NCBI GenBank assembly: GCA_002633005.1 | Contig: NMRA01000480.1 | Coordinates: 62,001-126,000, forward strand | Length of the DNA stretch: 64,000 nt | Direction of reading: 5' to 3' | DNA from: Phoronis australis | Lineage: Eukaryota > Animalia > Phoronida | In this document: one piece after another, positions 25,906-37,434 of the stretch | Layout of the letters: the number at the start of each line of letters is the position of its first letter | Position numbering within the stretch: position 1 is the first letter of the stretch | Program-made: the position numbers and the translations under genes | The notes under the pieces: generated by a model | The model's input: the letters and a program-made list of their open reading frames with translations, nothing else | Told to the model about the DNA's origin: nothing | The model's database searches: none

Positions 25906-27239
25906 CAATTTTAGAACTGTAGGTAAGGCACCTTACCATAGTTATTGGATGTGGGTGAGTTTGGATGCTCTTCTCAAATGTGGGGTAAGTTGCACTAGTG
26001 CAAGTTCTAGGGTAGACTGTGTGTGGACGAGACTTGACACTGTCGACTATGGCAAACTGAATCAGTTGTTGAAAATTGAACTTTTTCATAGTTTAATTTA
26101 CAGCCTAAAAGCGGTTTGCTTCATCCGAATAGAAATAATATGTATTGTAACTGTTGATATGTCCCAACCTCCACTGAGCTACCCAATAGGGCCACTTAGA
26201 ATCCTAGTAGGACACTTTTTTAACCCTTATTAAAATGGTTAGAAGAAATTATAAGGAACCAAGCAGTACCTATCCCATAACTAATACACAATTCGTAGTC
26301 TAAGAAAGTTTAAATAAACGCAACACTCACCATTAAGACCCCAACCAGAACTACAATTCATTGAGGAACCCAGGCTTAAGAACTCCAGCTGTGCAATTGG
26401 AGCAGCGCCAGGATAAAATAATCGACAGCAGACCTTAACTTTAAACCAAAATAGGGACAATTTGTGTTGAAATTATTGACAAAATGTGGCTCATAAATTT
26501 TGACAGAAAATACTTTGCCAGACTCGCACCTGCAGCTGATGACCCGGTGCGGACTGTGACCAGCACTAGCGAAAGGCGAACGCATGCGTTCGTCGGCTGA
26601 TTTATTGGAATAAATGGTTCAAATCCTAAATGCCTTATTCATTCAAAGATAGTTTCAGACACTTCCATAAAGTAAGAATTAGTCACAGTTCTGTGCTGAC
26701 CATGGCGACTGGGCTAAGCGTATTTTACTGGGTGTAATTAACTGGTTAACAGTGTAAACATAACAACGAATATGGATATCAAACTAATTGAATTAAATTG
26801 CTATACAGTTAGAATATCCAGCGATTTAATATGGTAAAATATCAAAAATAAGTTTAGACATTAATTCCTGGGCCTTGAATGGGTGAAATTCGTGTGACAA
26901 AGACATTAACAAATACTGTGTCTTGCTCCCATTGCTGCAATATTTTCCCATCGCCGACATTCAGCTCATAGACTACAATTCACTACACTCCCCTTCCCCC
27001 CGTTTGTGTTTTCAATGGCGTGATGTAGACAGTTGTAAGTTTTTGTCACGTTTTAAAATATATTTTTCCTTATAATTGAAAATCAAAATCAATTTAGCAA
27101 GTGATTAATTTCCCGGCGAAGTGTCGCAGCAACTGCAAGAGAACTATGTCACTGGCTAATTGTTGTGTCGGCGCAGCAAAATCAAGCACAGGTGTGCATT
27201 ATTGCAATTCAGGTGTGGAGGTCACTGTTTTGAGATAAA

Positions 27240-28432
27240 ACTTGTTACTTGGCGGAATTCTTCGAATTCCGACAAGTGTGTTGCTCTGTCGTCGAGTTTC
27301 TTGTTTTTTTGTTCGCACTCTACATGTCGCAATTTTCGTCCGATTTTCACGAAATTTGCACACAACGTGTAGATCGGGAAGTACTGAAACGCTATTGTTT
27401 CTGGTCATGATCGGATACAAAATGGCGGACGTGGCGGCCATTTTGTATCCGATTTCACAGTCAAATGCTCGTAGAGGCCGCAGTTTTTTACGAACATAGC
27501 TGAAAATCAGTACGATTATACTAGAACGCATGTGCTACAAGTGTGCAGAAAATTGTTGACTTCCGGTCAAAGATGGCGGAAATATTGGTAGTGGCACATG
27601 TGCACCCCGAAATATGGCCAAAAACATTTTCTCCTGTAGAGGGCGCATTTGCGAACCAATCACTTTCAAACTGGTCACGTGTTTGTTGAGTTTAATAAGC
27701 TTTTATAAAAGTTTATTGAACCAGAAGTCACTGTCAATATGGCGGCTGTGGCGCATGTTCACACGGTTTCAACCGTTCTGCTGTCGCGTTTTTAACGGGA
27801 AGAGCAAATGACGTGAATTTTTGCATGTGGATTCCTTGAAGTATGGCCTTTCAAAAAGTCTGGGAGAGCGTATTTTTGAGACTTACCGGCAAGTTTTCAA
27901 TTTTTTCGAAAATTTTTTGGATTTTTGGCAAACTATCACCTTAGATAGAGTTTTGAACGGGCTTCCAGAAGATATTTTCCATTTTGTGCTACGACGTCTA
28001 CTTTTTGTATTATTCAAGATTTTCGGATACCGTTGTTCCTTCGGTCACCTATGCAAGCACGCAGCTGGCTGGCTTTCAGTTCACTTTGTTTTGGTTATGC
28101 CTAGTTGACCTCGACTGACCCAGCCAGCACTGTCCTACTGTAGACTGGAATTCCACGCCAAATATTGTAAACATAACTTTGCTCTGCAGACTGTCACATA
28201 GCGCAACCTATTTTGGAATGTGGGAACAAAGCATGGCTCGTCCGTCATGTTGCGCCATCTATTGTTCTTTATTGTAGTTGATTGTATGCTTTCTATTTGA
28301 TTTCTTCGATAGTCACATGAATGTTATCGTGTTATTCATAATTGCCGCTTTGATCGTCATGATTGTAGTCGTCCTCCTCATCGTCGTCTTTTCGATTAAT
28401 TCCGCCAAGTGTCGCTCTTCCGAGCGCTCTCA
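27240..28432 (+). mobile_element. Helentron/HINE-like family A copy
   Basis: Starts cttgttacttggcggaattcttcgaattccgacaagt, carries the same core palindrome at about 27408-27453, and ends ccaagtgtcgctcttccgagcgctc. Confidence 0.75.
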
Positions 28433-28928
28433 TTTTTGTTTGTTGAAACATTGCCATGTGTGGATGTTTTTTTTTTCTATTTTGCATTTATAACGGCCAG
28501 TAAAGCCTGTGCCAATTTACTGCCAAGCACGCAAAAATGCACTCACCGTTTATAAGTCGCACAGAAATTGCTCACTCCAGGCTGGTACGTTGCATCAGTT
28601 TTACAATATGGCAATGAAGATAGCACATTTAATGATCTAGAAAGGTTTTTTCCTCAAATTTATTACTTAAACAGGCACTGTTGCTGAAATTTGAGTCAGG
28701 GTTGACCTCAGCAGCTGAGTGTTGGCTTCGGGAGATGTGACATACTTCACAAAGTTAGGATTACGCATTAAATACCATTCGTCATATTCAAAGAACACAT
28801 AAAATTTGAACAATAAATAATCAAATTTGTATAAAAAGAACCAAAATGAGAATTGAGAACAACCAAACACAATAACATCGCATTTACGCTCACGGTAATC
28901 TCTATACACTTACAAGGACAACCTGACC

Positions 28929-29360
28929 GTCATTCTGTGCCTGGTTGCATGAAACAGTCCCAAATAGGGACTCAACCAAGGTCCTTAAATTTACTACGTA
29001 TTTGTGGGCTTGTGAAACACTGGTTGTCCTTACACTGTTTGGGTATCATTACTAGGTCAAGTTTTGACTTTGATACCAATTGAGGGTGAACTCTATGTCG
29101 AATTCTCAGTATTATTGAAAACTGGTAGGGATCTTTTCATGCAACGCCCCTAATTTAAGGACTAAGTCCCTAATTGTTTTGATTGAATTAAGGGGTCAGT
29201 TTTTAGTGTATATTAGAAAATGTCATTAGTCAAAGATGAGCTCGTGACAATGATAGAAAAACATGACGTATGTGAGTTATGAACGAAACAAATATGCAAA
29301 ACATTTAGGGAACTTAGTTGAGTCCCTAATAGATCTTGTTCCATGCAACCGGCCACAGGA
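28929..29360. mobile_element. MITE with about 65-bp TIRs (Harbinger-like)
   Basis: ctgtgcctggttgcatgaaacag...atagggactcaaccaaggtccttaaat versus atttagggaacttagttgagtccctaat...ttccatgcaaccggccacag. The superfamily is inferred. Confidence 0.7.
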
Positions 29361-29950
29361 ACCTTCCTGAACTGATGTACAGGAAATTGGGGAATAGTCA
29401 ATGATTGTTTTATCTCTGCCGAAGTACAATACTGTGCTCAAAAATGCTTTTAGTTTGATAACAGAAAAGAGGCAAACATTATGTTATGTTACATATTAAT
29501 TTGGTTTATATTCTTATAAGTTTTTGAACTAGATTGTCCTTTGAGATGAGGACCACTTATCAGAGTTTTGTTGGATTCCAGAAAAATGTCCAAACTTCAG
29601 AAATCATATCTTGAAGATAATTCACGTGAAGTATTTAATTATTGTATTTTATGCAATGTTCTCTAAAATGTTGCAATAAATTATTTTTAAAATGTTTCAC
29701 TTTTGTATGAGTGGCTTTAAAACAATTGGACTTGCGTGAATTTCATGCAAAAAATCAAAGTTGGATTAGATGAAAACCAAGTGATACTTTAGAAAACAGT
29801 ATTTTTGAGATTTCATCTTGAACTTATAATGTAATAAAATTTTGGTGATCTTGTTTATACCGTGGTTTTGCTATGGCTGCAACTTCTTTTTTTTCATTAA
29901 AAACATAGTCATGTGACCTGATTAATGACAGACTCATAAAAAGTCAAATA

Positions 29951-31469
29951 CCGTATACGCCCTAATAACTGCCCAGGGCGCTTAGAAAAGTTTGTTTCAG
30001 GAGGGGCACTTATTGTAACCTAAGGCAGTTGAAACTCGGTCTCTGAAACGGGTGAAATCGGAAGTTAAAATTCGTCATGTTTACGCTCTGTGATATATCT
30101 GTAACCTATGACAGACTTTCTACAAAATCATGGTGCATTGTTATCAAACTTTGCTGCTAAATTACCATCATTTTACAGAAAATTGTGCTGAAATCTCAGG
30201 GCCAAAACTCGCTGACTGACTGCCACGTAATCGTCAATATGGCGACTTGAATGCTTGAATAAAAAAACAGTTTCGACTCGACAAATTACCTGAAATCCTC
30301 CTTAAGTTTTCCAAATAGTGTCCCTAAGATTTTTAAGCTTCCGTGGAGTCTAGATTAACAGCAGGTTTGAGTACAAATCTGTGCTACATCGTACCATCTA
30401 TGATCGGCAACATGAGAAAAATCTCTAGACGAACACACATGTTGTTGTCACGTGATGTTTGTTTTGAACTTCGTCTGCGTTTGTGAGTAAGCGAGCGCGT
30501 GCATGTCACCAGAGTTCATTTGCCAGAGCAGAGACCGTCTTTGGCCAGAGTAAATGCAATCTAACGAGCTAGATGTGCATTGTATCTAAACAAATTAGCA
30601 CAAGCAGTAGGCCTAAAGCAGAACGTGTTTCATGTAGCACTTGCCGGTCTTGTGCTAAAAACGTTTGACATTTGTCTCGGTGAGGCCCATATTAGTTGTC
30701 ATGTGGCTGGATGCGTACGTCACTATCTGACAGTTATTTTTTCAGTGTAAAGGTGTGTAAGCATTCACTGTCAGTTGTCATTTTGTCGGATATTTGGCTT
30801 AAAAACATCAATTATGATTAATCAAACAATCCATCTTAAATATAACGCAAACATTTTTATAGTATTACAAACTGTCCTAAATTAGTGCCAATATTCAGTT
30901 CTTGCCAATGCTATGCTACCTGTTTCATGAATGGATAGTTCCCGACTTATGTCTTTGATGACAGGTACATATATCTAGCGCACACTTCCTGGCCACGTGC
31001 TTTTAATACTGGCCAAGTTTTTATTAGTCTTCGATTCGCGGTTTTCACATGTTCAAAGAAATTTGGATTCCTGTTGAAAGTGGGAAATATCTACAATTCA
31101 ATCCCGTGAACAAGTACACTAAGTCTGTTCTGAAAGGCCAGACCATAGTGGGACACATGCCTCGCAAGATCAGCAAAACTTGTGTGTTCGTTTTGGGGCT
31201 CGGCGGCCGGAAGTTGGAAGTGTATAGTCACGGCTAAATACCGACATAGCGGCGAGGCTCATGGTCTACAAATTCTGCGCACGATGATTTTTTCAGGACT
31301 GTCAGATATTATTGATAAATTGAAGACGTAACTGTAGAATTATAGGACTGTAGGTAAGGCATTTTTCGCATGTTCACGTTCATGGACTGGGCGCTTGATT
31401 ATTTTAGCCAAGTCTGAAAACGCGTGGGGGCGTTTATAGGGACATGGGTGGTAATTAGGGTGAATATGG
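29951..31469 (+). mobile_element. Tc2/pogo-type TIR element family H, copy 2 (complete, 1519 bp, TA TSD), HIRAN-like remnant at about 31026-31335
   Basis: TA|CCGTATACGCCCTAATAACTGCCCA ... TGGGTGGTAATTAGGGTGAATATGG|TA. ORF 31049-31237 reads FKEIWIPV..NPVNKY..KGQTIVGHMPRKISKTCVFVLGLGG. Confidence 0.85.
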
Positions 31470-32389
31470 TATCAAATTCTGCATGCATTTTACTTCCATG
31501 AAATATTAGCTATTGCTGAGTTAAGCTATGTAGATATTTTCGTACACAACGATTTTAATTTGTAACCTGAGTACTCCCAAGGGATGCAGTGGAATTTGAA
31601 TGGGGAAGGGTTGTCATGGTTCCGAGTTGTGGATCCTGGTCATTGTTTCCTGCTAACAATTGACATGGTCGGTTGTGATAGATAAAATAGGCACTTGAAA
31701 GTAACTAAAGTCTCGGTGTGGTGAAGATCGACCTGACCGACCTCTTTTCACCAACTAGGTCATATTGTGGTTGTGAGTTACAGGTACCTCTCACAGCAGG
31801 ATAACAACCCTGCCTCATTACATATAGTCTGTGACTAGAAAAAAGGCATCCTATGACGGGCCACATGGTTATTTTGTATAGTGCAAATGGGATTCTTCCC
31901 AGGTTTTAAGGCTTGGTAATGTAATGGGTAAAAGGTTAAGTAAATTTGTGGTCCTCATTAGTAGTAGTCATTAGACTAGAAGTCATCCACCACTGCAGCT
32001 GTAACTGTGCTTTTACTGTAAACGCATATCTTGTGTATTTAAAATGCTCACCTGTCTGGTGTTTTGAAAAGTCTAGAAATCTAATTTTCAAAAAGTATCA
32101 AAGCTCCTGTTATTTAATGCGCATTTTGATCAACCCTGAAATTTACAAAAGTGTTCGTTTAACTTTATTTATTTATTTATTATTGTGATATTTAAAATGA
32201 TTGTGGCCTCATCGGTGATAGCACTGCTTTCCAAGAGGGCCTTGTGCTTTTGTTTTATTTTTTTTATATATCTTAAGTTGATGTGTAAATAAAGAAAACA
32301 TTTTTATTTGTATTAATTTGGTATTTTTGGAAAACAAATCCTTTATGATGAGTAGACATATTGATGGGATGACACTTTCCTGTTTCCAG

Positions 32390-32646
32390 AGAAGTCATGG
32401 ACGACAGTTCTTACACGTGCAGTACAGTTTTGAGCAGCTCCGACCCTGTTGGTGCGAAGGAGGCTGAAGCAGGCACCAGCCTGTCCAGCTCTAAGGACCA
32501 GTTCTCCGATAGTGCTGACAGTGATGGTCCACCTAAGAGGGAAACATGGACAAATAAGATTGACTTCCTGTTGGCCTGTATTGGCTTCTCTGTTGGCTTG
32601 GGCAATGTCTGGCGGTTTCCCTACTTGTGCTACAAGAACGGAGGAG
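32390..32646 (+). CDS. SLC6/NSS Na+/Cl--dependent transporter (GABA/taurine/creatine group), exon with N-terminus and TM1
   Basis: Translation ...[36 protein letters not shown](G) contains the SLC6 signature. Acceptor tttcctgtttccAG ends at 32389, there is an in-frame ATG at 32397, and the donor G|GTAAGT at 32647 is phase 1. Confidence 0.96.
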
Positions 32647-33036
32647 GTAAGTGGTGACATATCCGCCCAGAATTCTTGTCTAGGTTGAAGTTCAGGTGAA
32701 GCTTGGTTTTGACGCTTTTACTCATAAAATTTAAAATGGGAATCACCGATTTGGGGGTTTATTTTTTGCTTAAAATTCGAGCGTGTCGTTGACAGATCAG
32801 AAACAACCAACTCTTACCATTAGGATGAAAAAAGAATAAAGTGGTCTTTTAAACCAAAAATACGAACACCTAACTTATTCTGTAAATAAGTATATGCAAA
32901 GACTACGAAAACAAGTGTTTTGATTGTTTTGGTGTGGAACCTTTTGTTTTGGCTTTTTGATTAGGAGGGTGAGCGTAGCTGATTACACACAATAGTACAT
33001 TAGACCTTAGTGATGAGTGATGTGAACACACTGTAT

Positions 33037-33129
33037 ACACCCCCCATGGGGAGTGTCCATATTTAGGGATATAGTTGGATACCACCCCCCCATGGGGAGT
33101 GTCCATATTTAGGGATATAGTTGGATACC
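33037..33129. repeat. About 46-bp tandem duplication upstream of the exon 33163 acceptor
   Basis: Two copies of caccccccatggggagtgtccatatttagggatatagttggatac. Confidence 0.9.
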
Positions 33130-33162
33130 TTTTAGCCTTAACTGTACCCACCTTTGTTGCAG

Positions 33163-33294
33163 GTGCATTTTTACTACCTTATTTTATCTGTGTTCTCGTT
33201 GGTGGTATACCGATGTTCTTCCTGGAGGTCGCCATGGGCCAGTTCATGTCCTGTGGCGGCATACGAGCATGGAACATCTGCCCTCTCTTTGAAG
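33163..33294 (+). CDS. SLC6 transporter exon encoding TM2 (132 nt)
   Basis: (G)[43 protein letters not shown](G). Acceptor ttgcAG at 33161-33162, donor G|GTAAGC at 33295. Phase 1-1, in frame with both neighbours. Confidence 0.96.
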
Positions 33295-33450
33295 GTAAGC
33301 TGTTGCCATGTGGTACTCACTTATGAACACGATGTGAAAACACTGCACTGTATAAAGTCATTTCATGCCTTGTTAAAGACATTGGGCAGTCATACACAAT
33401 CTCGTCACATGTTTGTTTCATTTGATTGGCTATTATAAAAGTTTGTTTAA

Positions 33451-34597
33451 CCCTTATCCTGCGCTAGGCGAGGTCAGCCGACAAGCCAGTTATCCTATTA
33501 AAATGCGTCGGGTGTACTCAATCGCCTATAATAAGCTACGGCTAGACTGCGCAAGGAGGGTGTACTCACCCCAGGACACTGGTGCTTTTCATTCAGAAAT
33601 TGTAAAAGCCCCGTATGCTGTTCATACATGTGAGCATGCGCATTCCACAATTTGTAGTTTCCTGTACATTTTTCTGATTTCCAACATATGGCTGTGGTGA
33701 GTTGTTGCCGAGATATTTGAAAGTTTACGCAAGTTTTACCTTGGCTGGTGCCAAACGTGGTAAGATGACTGTTGACCAGTTTCTTGAGGAAGTGTTCATG
33801 GACTCAGATAGTGAGAACGAGCTGGAATTGGCACTCGAAAATGACGATGACGTGACTGGGAAAGTAATACAACAGTCACAAGTAATGCAGATTCTATCGA
33901 TTCGGATCTCAGTGCAATTTTGAAGGAGTTACCGGTCCCTGAAGCTGAACTTGGACGGGCCTAGACGATGCTTGGCTCACGCCCTTCAGGCATAATACAG
34001 AGCCTCTGAAACATGATGGAACTCATTCAGAACTAGATATCTCTGTGACTTTTTCACAGAATAGCTTTGTGTCCCCACCCTTGTTTCAAGTTTTTGCACA
34101 CCAAGGTGAACTTCAAAACAGACTTTAGCAAGCGACTGCACCAGTCATAAATTTGTTATCGTGCAAAGTTGAGGTATGTTATATACTGTACATTCTTGTT
34201 TGTATATGTGATGTTGCAGACAATAAATCTGCTTTATTAAACATGCAAGTCCCATGAATTCCTTTTAAAAATGCTTATTACGGTTTTTGAGTGTCGGCTA
34301 TAATGTTCTCAACAGATAAAAACAAAGGGTGTCCAGTTTGAAAGTTTATAGAATTATTTACTCCAAGGCTATGGTAAAGATATGTCTATGGTGAAAATCT
34401 CCATTAAATTCTGAACAACTTTTGTGCAGACTACTTTTATCTGAAGTTCACATTACCCCTTCAAATTTCCAATTTAAAAATGTTAGGTCATCAATCTGAG
34501 TGACCTTCATAACAGTCCAGTGCACAGCAGCAGTGGTGACCTACTTTGCTCAGTGGGCAGGGAAAGTTGTCTGAATAAAGGCTTAGCAGGATGAGGG
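33451..34597 (+). mobile_element. Internally deleted piggyBac element (1147 bp, TTAA TSD)
   Basis: TTAA|CCCTTATCCTGC ... GCAGGATGAGGG|TTAA. Retains an acidic N-terminus (MTVDQFLEEVFMDSDSENELE, ATG 33765) and a C-terminal Cys motif LCPHPCFKFLHTKVNF (about 34067-34115). The catalytic core is absent. Confidence 0.9.
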
Positions 34598-34601
34598 TTA
34601 A

Positions 34602-35945
34602 CAGAAGTCACTTTCAAGATGGCAGCTCTGGCACATTTTCACCCATTTTCGATCGTTCTGTGGTCGCATTTTTAACAGGAAGTGCAAATGACGTGAATTT
34701 TTGCAAGTGGATTCCTTGAAGTACGTTCTTTCAAAAGTTCAAGAATAACGTTTTTCTCAGACTTAACTTTTTGAGTTATTTGACTTTGAATTTCAAAAAA
34801 ATGCAAAATTTCAATTTTTTCAAAACGTTAACAAATTTTTGTGAAACTATATTGTTAGATAGAGTTTTGAATGAGCTTTCAGGAGATGTTTTCCATTTTT
34901 CGATACGACATCTACTTTTCCAATTATTTGAGGTTGTCTGAAAATGCGGTTCCTTTGTTGACCGATTTTGCTGCGCTGTTGTTAGTTTACCGGCAACTGA
35001 ACATGACTAGCCTATTTCTTACTAATTTCTTCGCTAGTCACACGAATATTATCGTGTTGTTCATAATCGCCACATTCATCATCACAATCATTATCGTTGT
35101 TAATTTCGCTTAGTGTCGCTCAAGACTAGGTTGGGTCGCGGCCAAGGTGCATTTTCTAGTAGAATTTATGTTGAGGGCGTGTGTCAGGTTTGGCGGGTGG
35201 TTTCAGGAAATTGTTGACAACAATTGCCTGGAAACTGATTTACTTGGGTTTTTGAATGAGAAAAGCCAAGTTTTTACCTACTTTTGATGCAAACTCGTGG
35301 CTGTAATTTGCTATCAACCCCTGTCGTCTGCTGTCCAAGAAACCTGGTGCGATTTCAGGTGGCTGTCAGACAGATGAATTTTGCCAAAAAAGTAGCTGAT
35401 AAGGGGCTTACTATGACCACATAGTTAAAAGCTAGAGAGGACGAGCATTCTGAATCTGTAGTCAATTTTTTTCTAGCACTTGCATGGAAGTAGTAATCTC
35501 GGGGAGGAAATTGTCGAATTTGGTGTTTTTGGTAATAGTTTTGTGTGCCGGGAATTTTTGCCATGCACATTAACCGATCAAAAATCTGTACAGTTAGTTT
35601 GATAGGGTTTTAAACGGGCTTTCTCAAGATATTTTTCATTTTTCGCTAGGACCTCTTCCCTTCGAATTATTTGAGATTTTCTGATAACGATGTTCCTGTG
35701 TTACTTGGCGGAATTATTCGAGATTGTCTGAAAACGCTGTTCCTGTGGTGACTGATTGGGCTGCACTGTTGTCAGTTTACCGGCTATTGAACAAGACTGC
35801 AGCCTATTTCTTACTGATTTCTTCGCTAGTCACATGAATGTTATCGTGTTGTTCATAATCGCCGCCGTCATCGTCGTCATCGTCGTCCTCCCCATCGTCG
35901 TCTTTTCGGTTAACTTCCCCAAGTGTTGCTCCTCCGAGCGCTCAC
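34602..35945 (+). mobile_element. Helentron/HINE-like family A composite copy (left part at about 33400-33446, split by piggyBac)
   Basis: tataaaagtttgt|TTAA|cagaagtcactttcaagatggcagc matches the uninterrupted family sequence near 16880-16920 and 27710-27750. The module at 35160-35352 matches 17690-17850. Confidence 0.7.
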
Positions 35946-35989
35946 GCACTGTTGTCAGTTTGTTATTGAATTTTGCTGTTGTACTTATA

Positions 35990-36610
35990 TGAAGTTGTCA
36001 ACAGGGGTTTACATCTTTCGGATTGATCGGGCTACTGGTGTGTCCCCTAGTGGCAATTTTAGTTTTTTTTACGTTTACCTCTGTATCTTCAAAGGTCGTC
36101 AATGGATTTTCATAAAATTTGGCAGATAGGCATCTATTAGTGAGGTGACGCCATCATTCAGTTCTGGGTTGAATGCGAGGCATTTTGCACCATCTTTTGG
36201 CCATTTTTACTGCTTTTGAGTCTTTTTTTTGGCATCTGCCACTCTGTCAACCAAACCACTCCAAGGATGATTGTGGAAATTGGCATGTATGTTCCCAGTG
36301 TGAAGAGGGGGCTGATGATGATTTTCCGAGGATTTTATCTACTGTGGCGCCTGCTAGTGGCAGTTATGTTTTTTTTTGCGCCTGTATCCTCTTAGTGACA
36401 TTTTTTTCGTTTTCCTCAGTTTCTCAGACGTTCCTTGACGGATTTCATTAAATTTGGTTAATAGCTTTGATGATACATACCAGTTTTGGATGGATTCATG
36501 TATTTTGCACCATCTAATGGCCATTTTTATGTTCCAAATATACACCCCTAGAAGCAAACCGTTTGCTGTGCATTCGTGGGTGCATTTAAATGCTCTGCGT
36601 TGCTCTTGGT
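35990..36610 (+). mobile_element. Helentron/HINE-like family B copy
   Basis: Core units cccctagtggcaatttt...aaatttgg; end gtgggtgcatttaaatgctctgcgttgctcttgg. Homologous to 40645-41125 plus 43000-43285. Confidence 0.65.
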
Positions 36611-37434
36611 TAGTATTTAATGTTTTTCACTAATTAACTGTTTGCATTAAGTCTGAATAGTATTTATGTGGCATCCTTTCACAAGCCAGCAAAGAAAGTG
36701 GTGTGTCAATTGTATTCATGCAAATGTTTATTATTGGCTTGTGAAAACTATGCGAGGTTGGTTTTCCACATTTTTTTAGCTAGGTATTGTCCTCAAAGTA
36801 TAACTTGCACAGTGCATTCAGTAAATTTGTTTGCAAAACTGAATTATTTTCTAAACTGTTCCCGTGTTTGCAAATTTCTCCTGTCTCTATAGTGATTGAA
36901 AATATTGGGACTTAAAAACTAAGTTAGAGGTTGGATTGTTCATTACTATATCATGCACTGTGGTGGAAGTAATGTATTATGGGTTTGTCTCCCCTGTGTT
37001 CATATGAAATTGTATTTGTGCACTGGCTATATACCTGATGATGATTCTTAGTAATATCGAAATGCCAATATGAAGCACAGTGTCTTGCTTTTGTTACTTA
37101 ATTTTTGATTGTCCACCTGGAAAAGAATATTATTTAAAAGTATTAGTTAATATTGTTAACGTTGTACACTGTGTCAGCTGTAAAACCTTGCTCAGTTGGC
37201 CAAAGTCTGTCATGCTCTCTGACACTTAGTGATGGAAATCTAAAATTGAAACATTTCATCTTCAACAAAATGGTAACCTGCACTATTCCAAAAAGTGCTG
37301 ATCACTGAACACAACTTATTTATCACATACCTGTGGTCATTGTGCTACCAACGCTGTAACACCTGAAGATGGCCCTAAAAAGATGGACTGAAATAGTGTG
37401 CATACATGGGCTGGAGGTTGGTGGACCAATAGAT

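Larger units (their letters stand above)
24517..25930 (+). mobile_element. Tc2/pogo-type non-autonomous TIR element family H, copy 1 (right end missing), with HIRAN-like remnant
   Basis: TA|CCGTATTCGCCCTAAT terminus. Colinear with 29951-31469 and 54382-55460. Confidence 0.8.

Noticed and set aside
26530-26590. CTGATGA...CGAAA as another hammerhead
   Set aside because: Stem II is poor, and there is no UH cleavage site or stem I after GAAA.
32343-32688. Overlapping alternative-frame and antisense ORFs at the SLC6 exon
   Set aside because: They are shadows of the GC-richer coding exon.
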